Shown here: piece by piece, positions 1-6,882 of the stretch
Numbering within the stretch: the stretch's first letter is position 1
How the letters are laid out: every line of letters begins with the position of its first letter
Origin: a virus
Lineage: Duplodnaviria > Heunggongvirae > Uroviricota > Caudoviricetes
Virus record (IMG/VR): IMGVR_UViG_3300020048_006428
Coordinates: 247,178 to 276,400 of that record
Length of the DNA stretch: 29,223 nucleotides
Reading direction: 5' to 3' (one strand)
Notes under the pieces: model-generated
The model's input: only the letters and a program-made list of their open reading frames with translations
What the model was told of the DNA's origin: nothing
Databases searched by the model: none
Position numbers and translations under genes: made by a program

Positions 1-40
1 TTTGGGTGTAATTTTTAAAGAAAAAGGAATATATTAAAAT

Positions 41-622
41 ATGAAAAAAATAGAACTTAAAATATTTGGACTATCATATAGTCACACACAAGCAGGATCA
101 TATGTCTTGGTTTTATCAGAATTGATTGGTAATTTAAAGTTACCAATCATTATAAAACCAGGTGATGCTCAATATATTGCTATGAAAACGGAAGGTTTGT
201 CAGCAAATAGACCAGTTATCCATGACTTGGTTAAAATGATTACTGATCAAGTTGGGGTTGATTTGCATCAGATATACATATCACATATCCTTGAAGGTGT
301 GTTTTATTGTAAATTGATTTTTGATTCAAATGGTGAAGATATAGAAATAGAATGTTCTGTTGGTGATGGTGTTTGTTTAGCATTATCATATGGTTGTCCA
401 ATTTTATGTTCAGAAGAAGTTTTAAAGCTATCTGGTATTAATATAAGTGATGATGGAACTACAAGTGAAGAGCAGATGGAGTTGAATAGAAAAGAACGTG
501 ATTATAAAGCCACTTCAACAGTTGATGATTTGGAAAAACGTTTGAGTCAAGCAATTGATAATGAAGAATATGAAATTGCATCACAAATAAGAGATAGAAT
601 TAAAGAACTTAAAAAGACATAA
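41..622 (+). CDS. Bifunctional nuclease family protein (DUF151/BFN) with C-terminal UvrB/UvrC (UVR) motif
   Basis: N-terminus GLSYSHTQAGSYVLVL..LPIII..AQYIA..RPVIHDL and later GDGVCLALSYGCPI match the DUF151 pattern. C-terminus LEKRLSQAIDNEEYEIASQIRDRIKEL is a typical UVR coiled coil. This architecture is common in Bacteroidota. Confidence 0.85.
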   Translation: MKKIELKIFGLSYSHTQAGSYVLVLSELIGNLKLPIIIKPGDAQYIAMKTEGLSANRPVIHDLVKMITDQVGVDLHQIYISHILEGVFYCKLIFDSNGEDIEIECSVGDGVCLALSYGCPILCSEEVLKLSGINISDDGTTSEEQMELNRKERDYKATSTVDDLEKRLSQAIDNEEYEIASQIRDRIKELKKT

Positions 623-627
623 TTATA

Positions 628-900
628 ATGCTTTCTAAAAAAATAGTTTTAAGGGATTTGTCTATTAAAATAATGGTAGGTGATTTAGTAACAGTCTTTA
701 GAAGAAAAGCAAATGGTTATCCAAAAAAGTTAAAAGACGATGAGTTATTCAAAGTTCTTAAAGTAGATGGTGATAAAATCTATTTGGATTTAAATGGATA
801 TGGACATGGTATAGCTTTTCATAAAGACTTTTTTATCACCAAAGAGTATAAAAGGGAATTAGTTTTAAAAGAATTATTGGAATGGCATTCTAAAAATTAG
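628..900 (+). CDS. Hypothetical protein (possible SH3/KOW-like barrel) with C-terminal tag KRELVLKELLE
   Basis: Operon-packed ORF; VGDLVTV...FKVLKVDGDKIYL suggests a small beta-barrel; ends in the recurrent C-terminal motif. Confidence 0.6.
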   Translation: MLSKKIVLRDLSIKIMVGDLVTVFRRKANGYPKKLKDDELFKVLKVDGDKIYLDLNGYGHGIAFHKDFFITKEYKRELVLKELLEWHSKN

Positions 901-908
901 AACATAAA

Positions 909-1163
909 ATGGAAATAAAAGATTTAAACGAAGTTGTTAAATATTTCAAGGAATATACAAGTAAAGAAGATGGTAAATACTATTTTCACAAGGAAGATGA
1001 TAATTTTAATATTATTATAACACCTGATAATAATCTTTACCAATTAAACACAGACCACGAAATTTGGGGAATAGAATTAGATACAATAGATAAACTAAGA
1101 ATTAGGTTTAAATCTTTTACTGGTGACGAATTGGAAAATTTATCTGATAGATGGTGTAATTAA
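909..1163 (+). CDS. Hypothetical protein
   Basis: 84-aa ORF in operon context with A-rich start; no recognisable motif. Confidence 0.6.
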   Translation: MEIKDLNEVVKYFKEYTSKEDGKYYFHKEDDNFNIIITPDNNLYQLNTDHEIWGIELDTIDKLRIRFKSFTGDELENLSDRWCN

Positions 1164-1174
1164 ATTTTAATAAA

Positions 1175-1618
1175 ATGTTAGCTTTCTTAAAAAGTAACTT
1201 AGGTATAATAACTGCCTTACTTGCATCTATATTATGGGGATTGAATTATGTTCTTTTTGAAAAGGTGATGAATAGAGTCAATATTTTCACTATGATGTTT
1301 TTTGAATATTTAATTTGTACAATCATAGTTGGAATATTGTGTTTAATATTTGGAAATATCAAAAGTGATTTACAAAACATTTATGATATAAAATATACAT
1401 TTATTGTTAATGTTTTTGTCTATCTTTTAGCAAGTCTAATGATAGCTTCATCAATAAAACACAGTAATGCAGTTGTGGCTGGATTGGTTGAAATAAGTTA
1501 TCCATTATTCATAATATTTTTTTCTTTTTTAATATTGAAAGATGTTAATATTGATATGAAAACAATTATTGGTGGATTACTTATATTTATTGGGGTTTTA
1601 ATAGTTTCTCTTAAGTAA
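1175..1618 (+). CDS. EamA/DMT-family small membrane transporter (single domain)
   Basis: About five hydrophobic helices; ALLASILWGLNYV at the N-terminus and AGLVEISYPLFIIFFSFLILK..IIGGLLIFIGVLIVS at the C-terminus match EamA signatures. Confidence 0.75.
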   Translation: MLAFLKSNLGIITALLASILWGLNYVLFEKVMNRVNIFTMMFFEYLICTIIVGILCLIFGNIKSDLQNIYDIKYTFIVNVFVYLLASLMIASSIKHSNAVVAGLVEISYPLFIIFFSFLILKDVNIDMKTIIGGLLIFIGVLIVSLK

Positions 1619-1634
1619 AAATAAAAATAATAAT

Positions 1635-1892
1635 ATGCCAACATTTGAAAATGAAATAGATATTGATGTAGATGATTTTATATCTTCTTGTTCAAAAGAT
1701 GAGATTAAAGAAATGATTGAGATCTTAAAAGAGGAATATAAAGAAGAAGTTAAAGAAGAAATTGGTTATATTAAACCAAAGACATTTCTTGAAGAATTAT
1801 TCTTAAACAATTTAGATAAAATTAAAAATAATTATTTATCATTAAGTCAAGAAGAAATAGAATATTTTGAAAAGATTTCTAAAAGATTTTAG
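1635..1892 (+). CDS. Hypothetical acidic protein
   Basis: 85-aa D/E-rich ORF with AATAATATG start context. Confidence 0.6.
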   Translation: MPTFENEIDIDVDDFISSCSKDEIKEMIEILKEEYKEEVKEEIGYIKPKTFLEELFLNNLDKIKNNYLSLSQEEIEYFEKISKRF

Positions 1893-1942
1893 AGGGCTTC
1901 CATAATTTAATAAATAGTTTATATAAAATTATGTATTAAATT

Positions 1943-2164
1943 ATGGAATTTAAACCAGGTGATAGTGTAATAAAAAATACAGGAGGTAATAAAATGAAAA
2001 TAATATCTTGTGATGATGTAGTTGCTGAATGTGTTTGGTATACAGAAAAATATAATCAATATATTTTTAATATAGAAGATTTAATACCATATAGTTTATA
2101 TCAAAAAGTTCTTATATCTGAAAAAAGGGAAGATTTAATAAAAAACATATTAGAATGGAAATAA
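1943..2164 (+). CDS. YodC/DUF2158-like small protein with C-terminal tag KREDLIKNILE
   Basis: FKPGDSV..TGGNKMKI...AECVWY resembles the DUF2158 pattern F-x-x-G-D-x-V-x-x-x-x-GG-x-x-M-x-V...C-x-W-F. Confidence 0.6.
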   Translation: MEFKPGDSVIKNTGGNKMKIISCDDVVAECVWYTEKYNQYIFNIEDLIPYSLYQKVLISEKREDLIKNILEWK

Positions 2165-2502
2165 AAAAAGTAACATATTCAGAAGTAGAAAAAGAATTCT
2201 ATTCAATAAAACCAGATTTATTGGATGAATATGCAACCTATTATGGATGCTTTGTTAAAGATATATTAGTTGGTATTGTTTCGTATGTTGAACATAAATC
2301 AGTTATTTATTTATGTCATGCTTTTGTAAAAGACGAATATAGAGGCAGGGGAATATACAAAATGTTATGGAATTATAGGGATGCTAAAATAAAAGAATCT
2401 GATAAAGTTGTATATGCACATTGTAATGTTGATAGTTTGAAGTATTTTATAAACAATGGCTTTTCAATAGAAAAAGCTCTTTTTAAAGTTGTTAGGGAAT
2501 AA
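2155..2502 (+). CDS. GNAT-family acetyltransferase
   Basis: Acetyl-CoA motif A FVKDEYRGRGIYKML and C-terminal N..SLKYFINNGF. Confidence 0.85.
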   Translation: MEIKKVTYSEVEKEFYSIKPDLLDEYATYYGCFVKDILVGIVSYVEHKSVIYLCHAFVKDEYRGRGIYKMLWNYRDAKIKESDKVVYAHCNVDSLKYFINNGFSIEKALFKVVRE

Positions 2503-2878
2503 TTATTCCCAATATTTTTTATCTTTATTTCGTTTAAGTATCTTTTTATATTTTAATACTTCATCAACATTTATGAATGTAATCCCATTATATTCAAATG
2601 ATTTATTATCAATTAAATCATCTATATCCATAGATAGCCAATTATTAAAGAATTCAATACCATCTGTCCTATACTCATTATTATCACCAAATGTCCACTT
2701 AGATGGTTTTATTATTACATCTAAATCATTCACATCATCTAATAATCCTTTTATAACTAAGGGCGGATCCAAAAACTGCATAATCACCTTTTTCTAAATT
2801 AAATTGTTTTAATTTATCTAATAGATATTCCAAACGTTCTCCACTTTGGAAGTTTTCAAATAATTTTAAGTATTTCAT
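2503..2878 (-). pseudogene. Frameshifted gene: N-terminal MKYLKLFENF tag fused to a minimal nucleotidyltransferase-like domain
   Basis: Manual translation from the ATG at 2878 (ATGA overlap with the upstream stop) gives MKYLKLFENFQSGERLEYLLDKLKQFNLEKGDYAVFGSA, stopping at 2735. The +1 frame continues LVIKGLLDDVNDLDVII...VLKYKKILKRNKD to 2503. Joined, these give a G-S...D-x-D Pol-beta-like signature. The shift maps to GCCC at 2761-2764. Confidence 0.65.
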
Positions 2879-3453
2879 ATATAAGTATATCCCTTTATTT
2901 TTTCTGGTAATTTTATATCAGTTTCATAATATTCATTGTAATCTTTAATTGCTTCTTCTAATAAATGCTTAACAATTTTACAATCTTTTCTTAAAAAATT
3001 ATAAGTTTCTTGATAGTCTAAATATATATCAACAGTAAAAAATATTTTTATTATTTCAATTATTGGATTTCTACCAAAATAAAACCCACCACCTATTTCT
3101 TTAGGACAACCTTCTAAACTGGTTAATTTATTATTAACGCATATAAAATTATTACCAACATAATTTGGACAACCATCTAAATTCGTTAGATTATTATCTG
3201 AACAATTAAACCAATCACCAACATAATTTGGACAACCTATTAATGTAGTTAAGTTGCAATTTGAACAATAAAAATGACCAGTTACTTTATTAAATTTAAT
3301 TGGCAATTCAGTGAATGTTTTTCCATCTAAATCAACATTACCATCAACATCAACAGATCCATCTGGATTTATTGAATATTTTTTTATGTTATATGTCCAA
3401 AGTGTATCAACAATGGATTCATTGTAACTTTCAAATAATTTTAAATATTTCAT
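2875..3453 (-). CDS. LRR-like protein with 21-aa repeats, paralogue 1, N-terminal tag MKYLKLFESY
   Basis: Three full units of V-x-x-x-F-x-C-x-x-x-x-L-T-x-L-x-G-C-P-x-x (e.g. VGDWFNCSDNNLTNLDGCPNY) plus partial units; N- and C-caps shared with 7931..8518. Confidence 0.8.
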   Translation of the reverse strand: MKYLKLFESYNESIVDTLWTYNIKKYSINPDGSVDVDGNVDLDGKTFTELPIKFNKVTGHFYCSNCNLTTLIGCPNYVGDWFNCSDNNLTNLDGCPNYVGNNFICVNNKLTSLEGCPKEIGGGFYFGRNPIIEIIKIFFTVDIYLDYQETYNFLRKDCKIVKHLLEEAIKDYNEYYETDIKLPEKIKGYTYI

Positions 3454-3460
3454 ATATTTC

Positions 3461-3470
3461 TATATATTAA
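3461..3470 (-). promoter_or_regulatory. TTAATATATA motif, putative phage late promoter
   Basis: Lies 7 nt upstream of the ATG at 3453; the same motif and spacing recur at 8526 and 9566. Confidence 0.6.
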
Positions 3471-3494
3471 TTTTTTTATTCCAAATATTATTCT

Positions 3495-3502
3495 TATCTT
3501 TG
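3495..3502 (+). promoter_or_regulatory. TATCTTTG, match to the Bacteroidota sigma70 -7 element TAnnTTTG
   Basis: In the divergent intergenic gap 21 nt upstream of the 3524 ATG; no clear -33 TTTG seen; could be chance in AT-rich DNA. Confidence 0.35.
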
Positions 3503-3523
3503 ATAAACTAAATCTATAAAAAT

Positions 3524-4402
3524 ATGAGTCTACGTAAATATGGTTTTTTAACTTGGGATAAAGATGAAGCATTGAAGAAGATTAATGCCATTGAAATTAT
3601 CAGAACAGATAATCAAATAGTTACCAAATATTTTGGGACTGTTAAGAAAGTCTGTAATGTATCAAATAAATATGAAGTATTTGATATAAAAGAGTTCTTA
3701 AAAGCTAAGATTGAACAAATTGAACAAAATTTTGACATTAGCCATTATAAATTAAAAATAAAAGGTGGTATTCAAGAACTAATCCTATTATCGGATGATG
3801 TAACTATTAATTCTTCAACTTACTATAAGTCATTTTATATACTAAATTCATCTGATAAATCCAGGCGTCTTAGTATGTATATGGGTCTATATAGAAGTGA
3901 TAATAATAGTTATATGGTTGGTTCTATTAAGAATATGTCCTTGCATAAAAAACACTATAAAGGTGTTACAGAAAAGGCAGAAGAAGCATCTTTGGTTATT
4001 GATGGTGAAACTTTTGATGAACAGATAAAGGCAATTCAATCATTAGTTGGTGAATCAGTTATGTTATCTAAAGTCCGTGATATATTAATTGATGAAGATT
4101 CAAACATAAATCACAAAAAATTTGATGCTTTTAAAAACTCATTAAGATATTCAAATTCTGATAAAGTAAAAGGTCTATCAGATACACAAGTAAAAACATT
4201 AAGCACACCATCTGAAAGATTGGAAATAGATTATAAAAATGACTTCTCAATTGACGCTTACCGAGTTTTTAATTGTTATATTCAACTATTCTATAACCAA
4301 GATTCACATGTTGTTAAAAAGGAAACTGATAAGATTCTGAAGATAACAACTTGTTTTATTAGAGATTCTAAAATAGAAGAAATTTTAAATTTCCTGGATT
4401 AA
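3524..4402 (+). CDS. DUF932-like protein with C-terminal tag IRDSKIEEIL
   Basis: VSNKYEVFD, FYILNSSDKSRRLSMYMGLYR and a downstream KKH resemble the DUF932 motifs VS..Y, L.NS.DGS....G..R and H, but the match is degenerate. Confidence 0.45.
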   Translation: MSLRKYGFLTWDKDEALKKINAIEIIRTDNQIVTKYFGTVKKVCNVSNKYEVFDIKEFLKAKIEQIEQNFDISHYKLKIKGGIQELILLSDDVTINSSTYYKSFYILNSSDKSRRLSMYMGLYRSDNNSYMVGSIKNMSLHKKHYKGVTEKAEEASLVIDGETFDEQIKAIQSLVGESVMLSKVRDILIDEDSNINHKKFDAFKNSLRYSNSDKVKGLSDTQVKTLSTPSERLEIDYKNDFSIDAYRVFNCYIQLFYNQDSHVVKKETDKILKITTCFIRDSKIEEILNFLD

Positions 4403-4414
4403 ATAAATATACAA

Positions 4415-4558
4415 ATGAACAAATTCAAATATATTACTACAACCTTAAATAGTATGAAAAAATATTACAGTAACCAAATACCATTACCTAAAAATAGTAT
4501 TTCTAAACTTAGAATAATTTTAGCAAAATTAAATGTTTTGAAAAAAGATGGAAATTAA
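4415..4558 (+). CDS. Micro-ORF 1 (47 aa) with degenerate C-terminal module SISKLRIILAKL
   Basis: Manual translation: MNKFKYITTTLNSMKKYYSNQIPLPKNSISKLRIILAKLNVLKKDGN*; overlaps the next start. Confidence 0.5.
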   Translation: MNKFKYITTTLNSMKKYYSNQIPLPKNSISKLRIILAKLNVLKKDGN

Positions 4559-4634
4559 ATGGTCAATTGGAAAATTAAAAAGAGTTTCAAAAATTAGAAA
4601 AATTTTAGAAAAATTAAAACAATATGGATCCTAA
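4548..4634 (+). CDS. Micro-ORF 2 (28 aa), cationic amphipathic peptide
   Basis: MEIKWSIGKLKRVSKIRKILEKLKQYGS*; overlaps both neighbours by 11 nt. Confidence 0.55.
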   Translation: MEIKWSIGKLKRVSKIRKILEKLKQYGS

Positions 4635-4734
4635 AGCAATTGATGAACTATTAAATGAACACGATAACTGGATAGATAGATATAAAATCCTATATAGAAT
4701 TTCAAAAATCAGAAAAATTTTAGAAAAAATATGA
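4624..4734 (+). CDS. Micro-ORF 3 (36 aa)
   Basis: MDPKAIDELLNEHDNWIDRYKILYRISKIRKILEKI*; ATGA overlap with the next ORF. Confidence 0.55.
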   Translation: MDPKAIDELLNEHDNWIDRYKILYRISKIRKILEKI

Positions 4735-4826
4735 AATACTTAAAATTATTTGAAAACTTTAATCAATCAGAAATTAATAGAATTTCAAAAATTAGAAAAA
4801 TTTTAGAAAAATTAGAAAAATTTTAG
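4731..4826 (+). CDS. Micro-ORF 4 (31 aa): N-terminal tag fused directly to the C-terminal module
   Basis: MKYLKLFENFNQSEINRISKIRKILEKLEKF*. A 20-bp tandem duplication (4791-4810 = 4811-4830) changes the ending from KLKQYG* to KLEKF*. Confidence 0.55.
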   Translation: MKYLKLFENFNQSEINRISKIRKILEKLEKF

Positions 4827-4841
4827 AAAAATTAAAACAAT

Positions 4842-5009
4842 ATGGGTGAAAATAATATGTTTGATTATGACTATTGGAAAGCACAATTTATAATTGAATC
4901 TGATAAGTGGACTTGCTCGCGAATGAGTGGGAGGCTGATGAGCTGGAAAGATCAATATAAAAATAGTAATAGAATTTCAAAAATCAGAAAAATTTTAAAC
5001 AAACTTTAA
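4842..5009 (+). CDS. Micro-ORF 5 (55 aa; alternative start 4857)
   Basis: MGENNMFDYDYWKAQFIIESDKWTCSRMSGRLMSWKDQYKNSNRISKIRKILNKL*; contains a GC-rich segment at 4907-4950. Confidence 0.55.
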   Translation: MGENNMFDYDYWKAQFIIESDKWTCSRMSGRLMSWKDQYKNSNRISKIRKILNKL

Positions 5010-5027
5010 TTTTTCTATATAATTTCT

Positions 5028-5768
5028 ATGAAAGAATTAATTTTAGAAAAATTAAAATGCTTTGAACAAGATGATAAATTTTCATTCAATCCCAAGTATC
5101 ATAAATATACATATGATGGTGAAGTTTTAAAATCAGTAACAACATTGGTTAGTGAATTACATATTAAATTTGATTTTGAAGGAAAATCTAAAAAGAAAGC
5201 CGAAGAAGTCGGTGTTGACCAAAATTGGATAAAAGCAGAATGGTATGAAACCAATAGATATGCCAATGAAATTGGGACAGCCACACACCAATGGATAGAA
5301 GATTATTATAATCAAAAGTGGAATCCATTACCAACCAATCCAGATCTTATACATAGAATAAATAAATTCAATAAGATATACTGTAAATACTTACATAAAT
5401 TAACACCTGTTAAATTTGAAGTAAGGCTTTTTTCTAAAAAATGGAAGTTAGCTGGAACATTAGATGGTTTATTCCTTATGAATGATAAACTTTATATTTT
5501 AGATTATAAAACAAATAAAGTATTTAAAGATGATAATCATGAAGATGGTAGATGGAGAAAATTACTACCACCATTCAATTCTTTTTATGAAAACCACCAC
5601 AATGAATACTCAATACAATTATGTCTTTATGCCTTGATTTTAGAAGAATGGGGTATAAATGTATCAAGTGCTTATATAATTTATATTGGTCCTGATGACG
5701 AAGATGCAAAATTTGTAAAAGTAAAAGATATGCGTGAATATATTAAACAATATTTTGAAAGCCTCTAA
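5028..5768 (+). CDS. PD-(D/E)XK exonuclease, RecB/Cas4-like phage type
   Basis: HKYTYDG..LKSVTT, GTATH, FEVRLFSKKWKLAGTLDGL, ILDYKT and YSIQLCLYALIL motifs. Confidence 0.85.
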   Translation: MKELILEKLKCFEQDDKFSFNPKYHKYTYDGEVLKSVTTLVSELHIKFDFEGKSKKKAEEVGVDQNWIKAEWYETNRYANEIGTATHQWIEDYYNQKWNPLPTNPDLIHRINKFNKIYCKYLHKLTPVKFEVRLFSKKWKLAGTLDGLFLMNDKLYILDYKTNKVFKDDNHEDGRWRKLLPPFNSFYENHHNEYSIQLCLYALILEEWGINVSSAYIIYIGPDDEDAKFVKVKDMREYIKQYFESL

Positions 5769-5785
5769 TAATTAGAGGCTTTTTT
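5758..5785 (+). terminator. Intrinsic terminator between convergent genes
   Basis: AAAGCCTCTA-ATAAT-TAGAGGCTTT followed by a T-run. Confidence 0.75.
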
Positions 5786-5787
5786 AT

Positions 5788-6159
5788 TTACATTTTTACA
5801 ATAAAAAAATGATTTAATGGACATCCACCACCATAGGAATCATATCTAATCTGATCAAAACTTGGCCATATCTTAAGAATACTTTCAAAAGGTTTTACCC
5901 CATTGCCAGGAAAGGAAAGTCCTAAATTATCACCAACTGTAAATATTTCACCATCTGCCTTTCTTTTAACTGAATATATTTCAATATTATCATCTTCTGT
6001 TCTATCAGCATTATTTACACATATTGAAATAAGTCTATCAGTTGGATCTACAATATCATCACCATCTTTAATAGATAGTATATCAAAATATCTTAGAAAT
6101 TCCGTTTTAGCATCTGGTTCTGATTCTTCAAAAATTTTATAATGTTTTAAATATTTCAT
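5788..6159 (-). CDS. Hypothetical protein with N-terminal tag MKYLKHYKIFEES
   Basis: 123-aa ORF at the end of a minus-strand operon; tag-like N-terminus. Confidence 0.65.
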   Translation of the reverse strand: MKYLKHYKIFEESEPDAKTEFLRYFDILSIKDGDDIVDPTDRLISICVNNADRTEDDNIEIYSVKRKADGEIFTVGDNLGLSFPGNGVKPFESILKIWPSFDQIRYDSYGGGCPLNHFFIVKM

Positions 6160-6174
6160 ATAAGTCTATTTTTT

Positions 6175-6882
6175 TTAAGCATAAGAATATGTGAATGATT
6201 TTATAAAATCAATCGCTAAACTATATTTATCTGATAGTGAATAAGTATTATCATCAATCATTAGATATGAATATGTTGGTGCGTATATTTCAGACCAATG
6301 TGTTGAATATGTTGGTGTTATTAAATTATTAACAGAATATGTATATGATGTTATACAGTCATATATTTTATTATTATAAATCATATGATTTCCAATATTA
6401 TAAGCAATTGGCTTTCTTCTATCATCTATAAATTGTGGTATAGAAGCACTTGTAGAACTTGGAATACCAACCATAGATTCTACATCAATATATAATTCAA
6501 TATATTTTTTATTTATTAATGATACTTCATTTTCTATTTCTTTTATATCACCTAAATAGTGATTATTAGTTTTATCATAGAAATGAAAACCTATTTGATA
6601 TACATTTTTTGTATTAAATAAATTATTTAATACTAATGCTGTATTTGTTATTGTATTTAATCTAACAATATCATATGAGTTTTTCTTAAAATCATCAATC
6701 GTTTTAAATTTATCTATATCAATCTTATATTTGGCAGACATAACATCTTCCAATAGATTATATTGTCCATTACTAATAAACTCATCAATTAATAAATAAT
6801 AATCAAATGTAGCATCAATTCCTTTTTGTGCTAATTTGTTTATTTTCTTATACATTTTGTCGTATTCTCTTCTATAATTCAT
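6175..6882 (-). CDS. Hypothetical protein with a C-terminal CBM5/12-like module
   Basis: AYNIGNHMIYNNKIYDCITSYT..P..STHW resembles the Y..G..V.Y.G..Y.C...H...P...W pattern of carbohydrate-binding module family 5/12. Confidence 0.5.
   Translation of the reverse strand: MNYRREYDKMYKKINKLAQKGIDATFDYYLLIDEFISNGQYNLLEDVMSAKYKIDIDKFKTIDDFKKNSYDIVRLNTITNTALVLNNLFNTKNVYQIGFHFYDKTNNHYLGDIKEIENEVSLINKKYIELYIDVESMVGIPSSTSASIPQFIDDRRKPIAYNIGNHMIYNNKIYDCITSYTYSVNNLITPTYSTHWSEIYAPTYSYLMIDDNTYSLSDKYSLAIDFIKSFTYSYA

Larger units (their letters stand above)
4496..5009 (+). repeat. Five dispersed copies of an approximately 36-bp coding repeat AGAATTTCAAAAATYAGAAAAATTTTAGAAAAATTA
   Basis: Copies start at 4496 (degenerate), 4581, 4696, 4779 and 4971, with start-to-start spacings of 85, 115, 83 and 192 bp. 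Each is in frame at the 3' end of a micro-ORF. Confidence 0.9.

Noticed and set aside
560-622. Treating the UVR helix IRDRIKEL as an instance of the C-terminal tag
   Set aside because: It is the expected end of a UVR domain and its spacing differs from the tag, so the resemblance may be coincidental.
2489-2797. Plus-strand ORF (102 aa)
   Set aside because: Antisense shadow of the nucleotidyltransferase-like gene; S/I/F-rich composition typical of reverse frames.
4496-5009. Canonical CRISPR array
   Set aside because: Repeat spacing is highly irregular (83-192 bp start to start), the repeats are in-frame coding ends of ORFs, and no cas1, cas2 or effector gene is present. Reported instead as a micro-ORF array.
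5099-6142. ORFs 5099..5284 (-) and 5903..6142 (+)
   Set aside because: Antisense shadows of better-supported genes.
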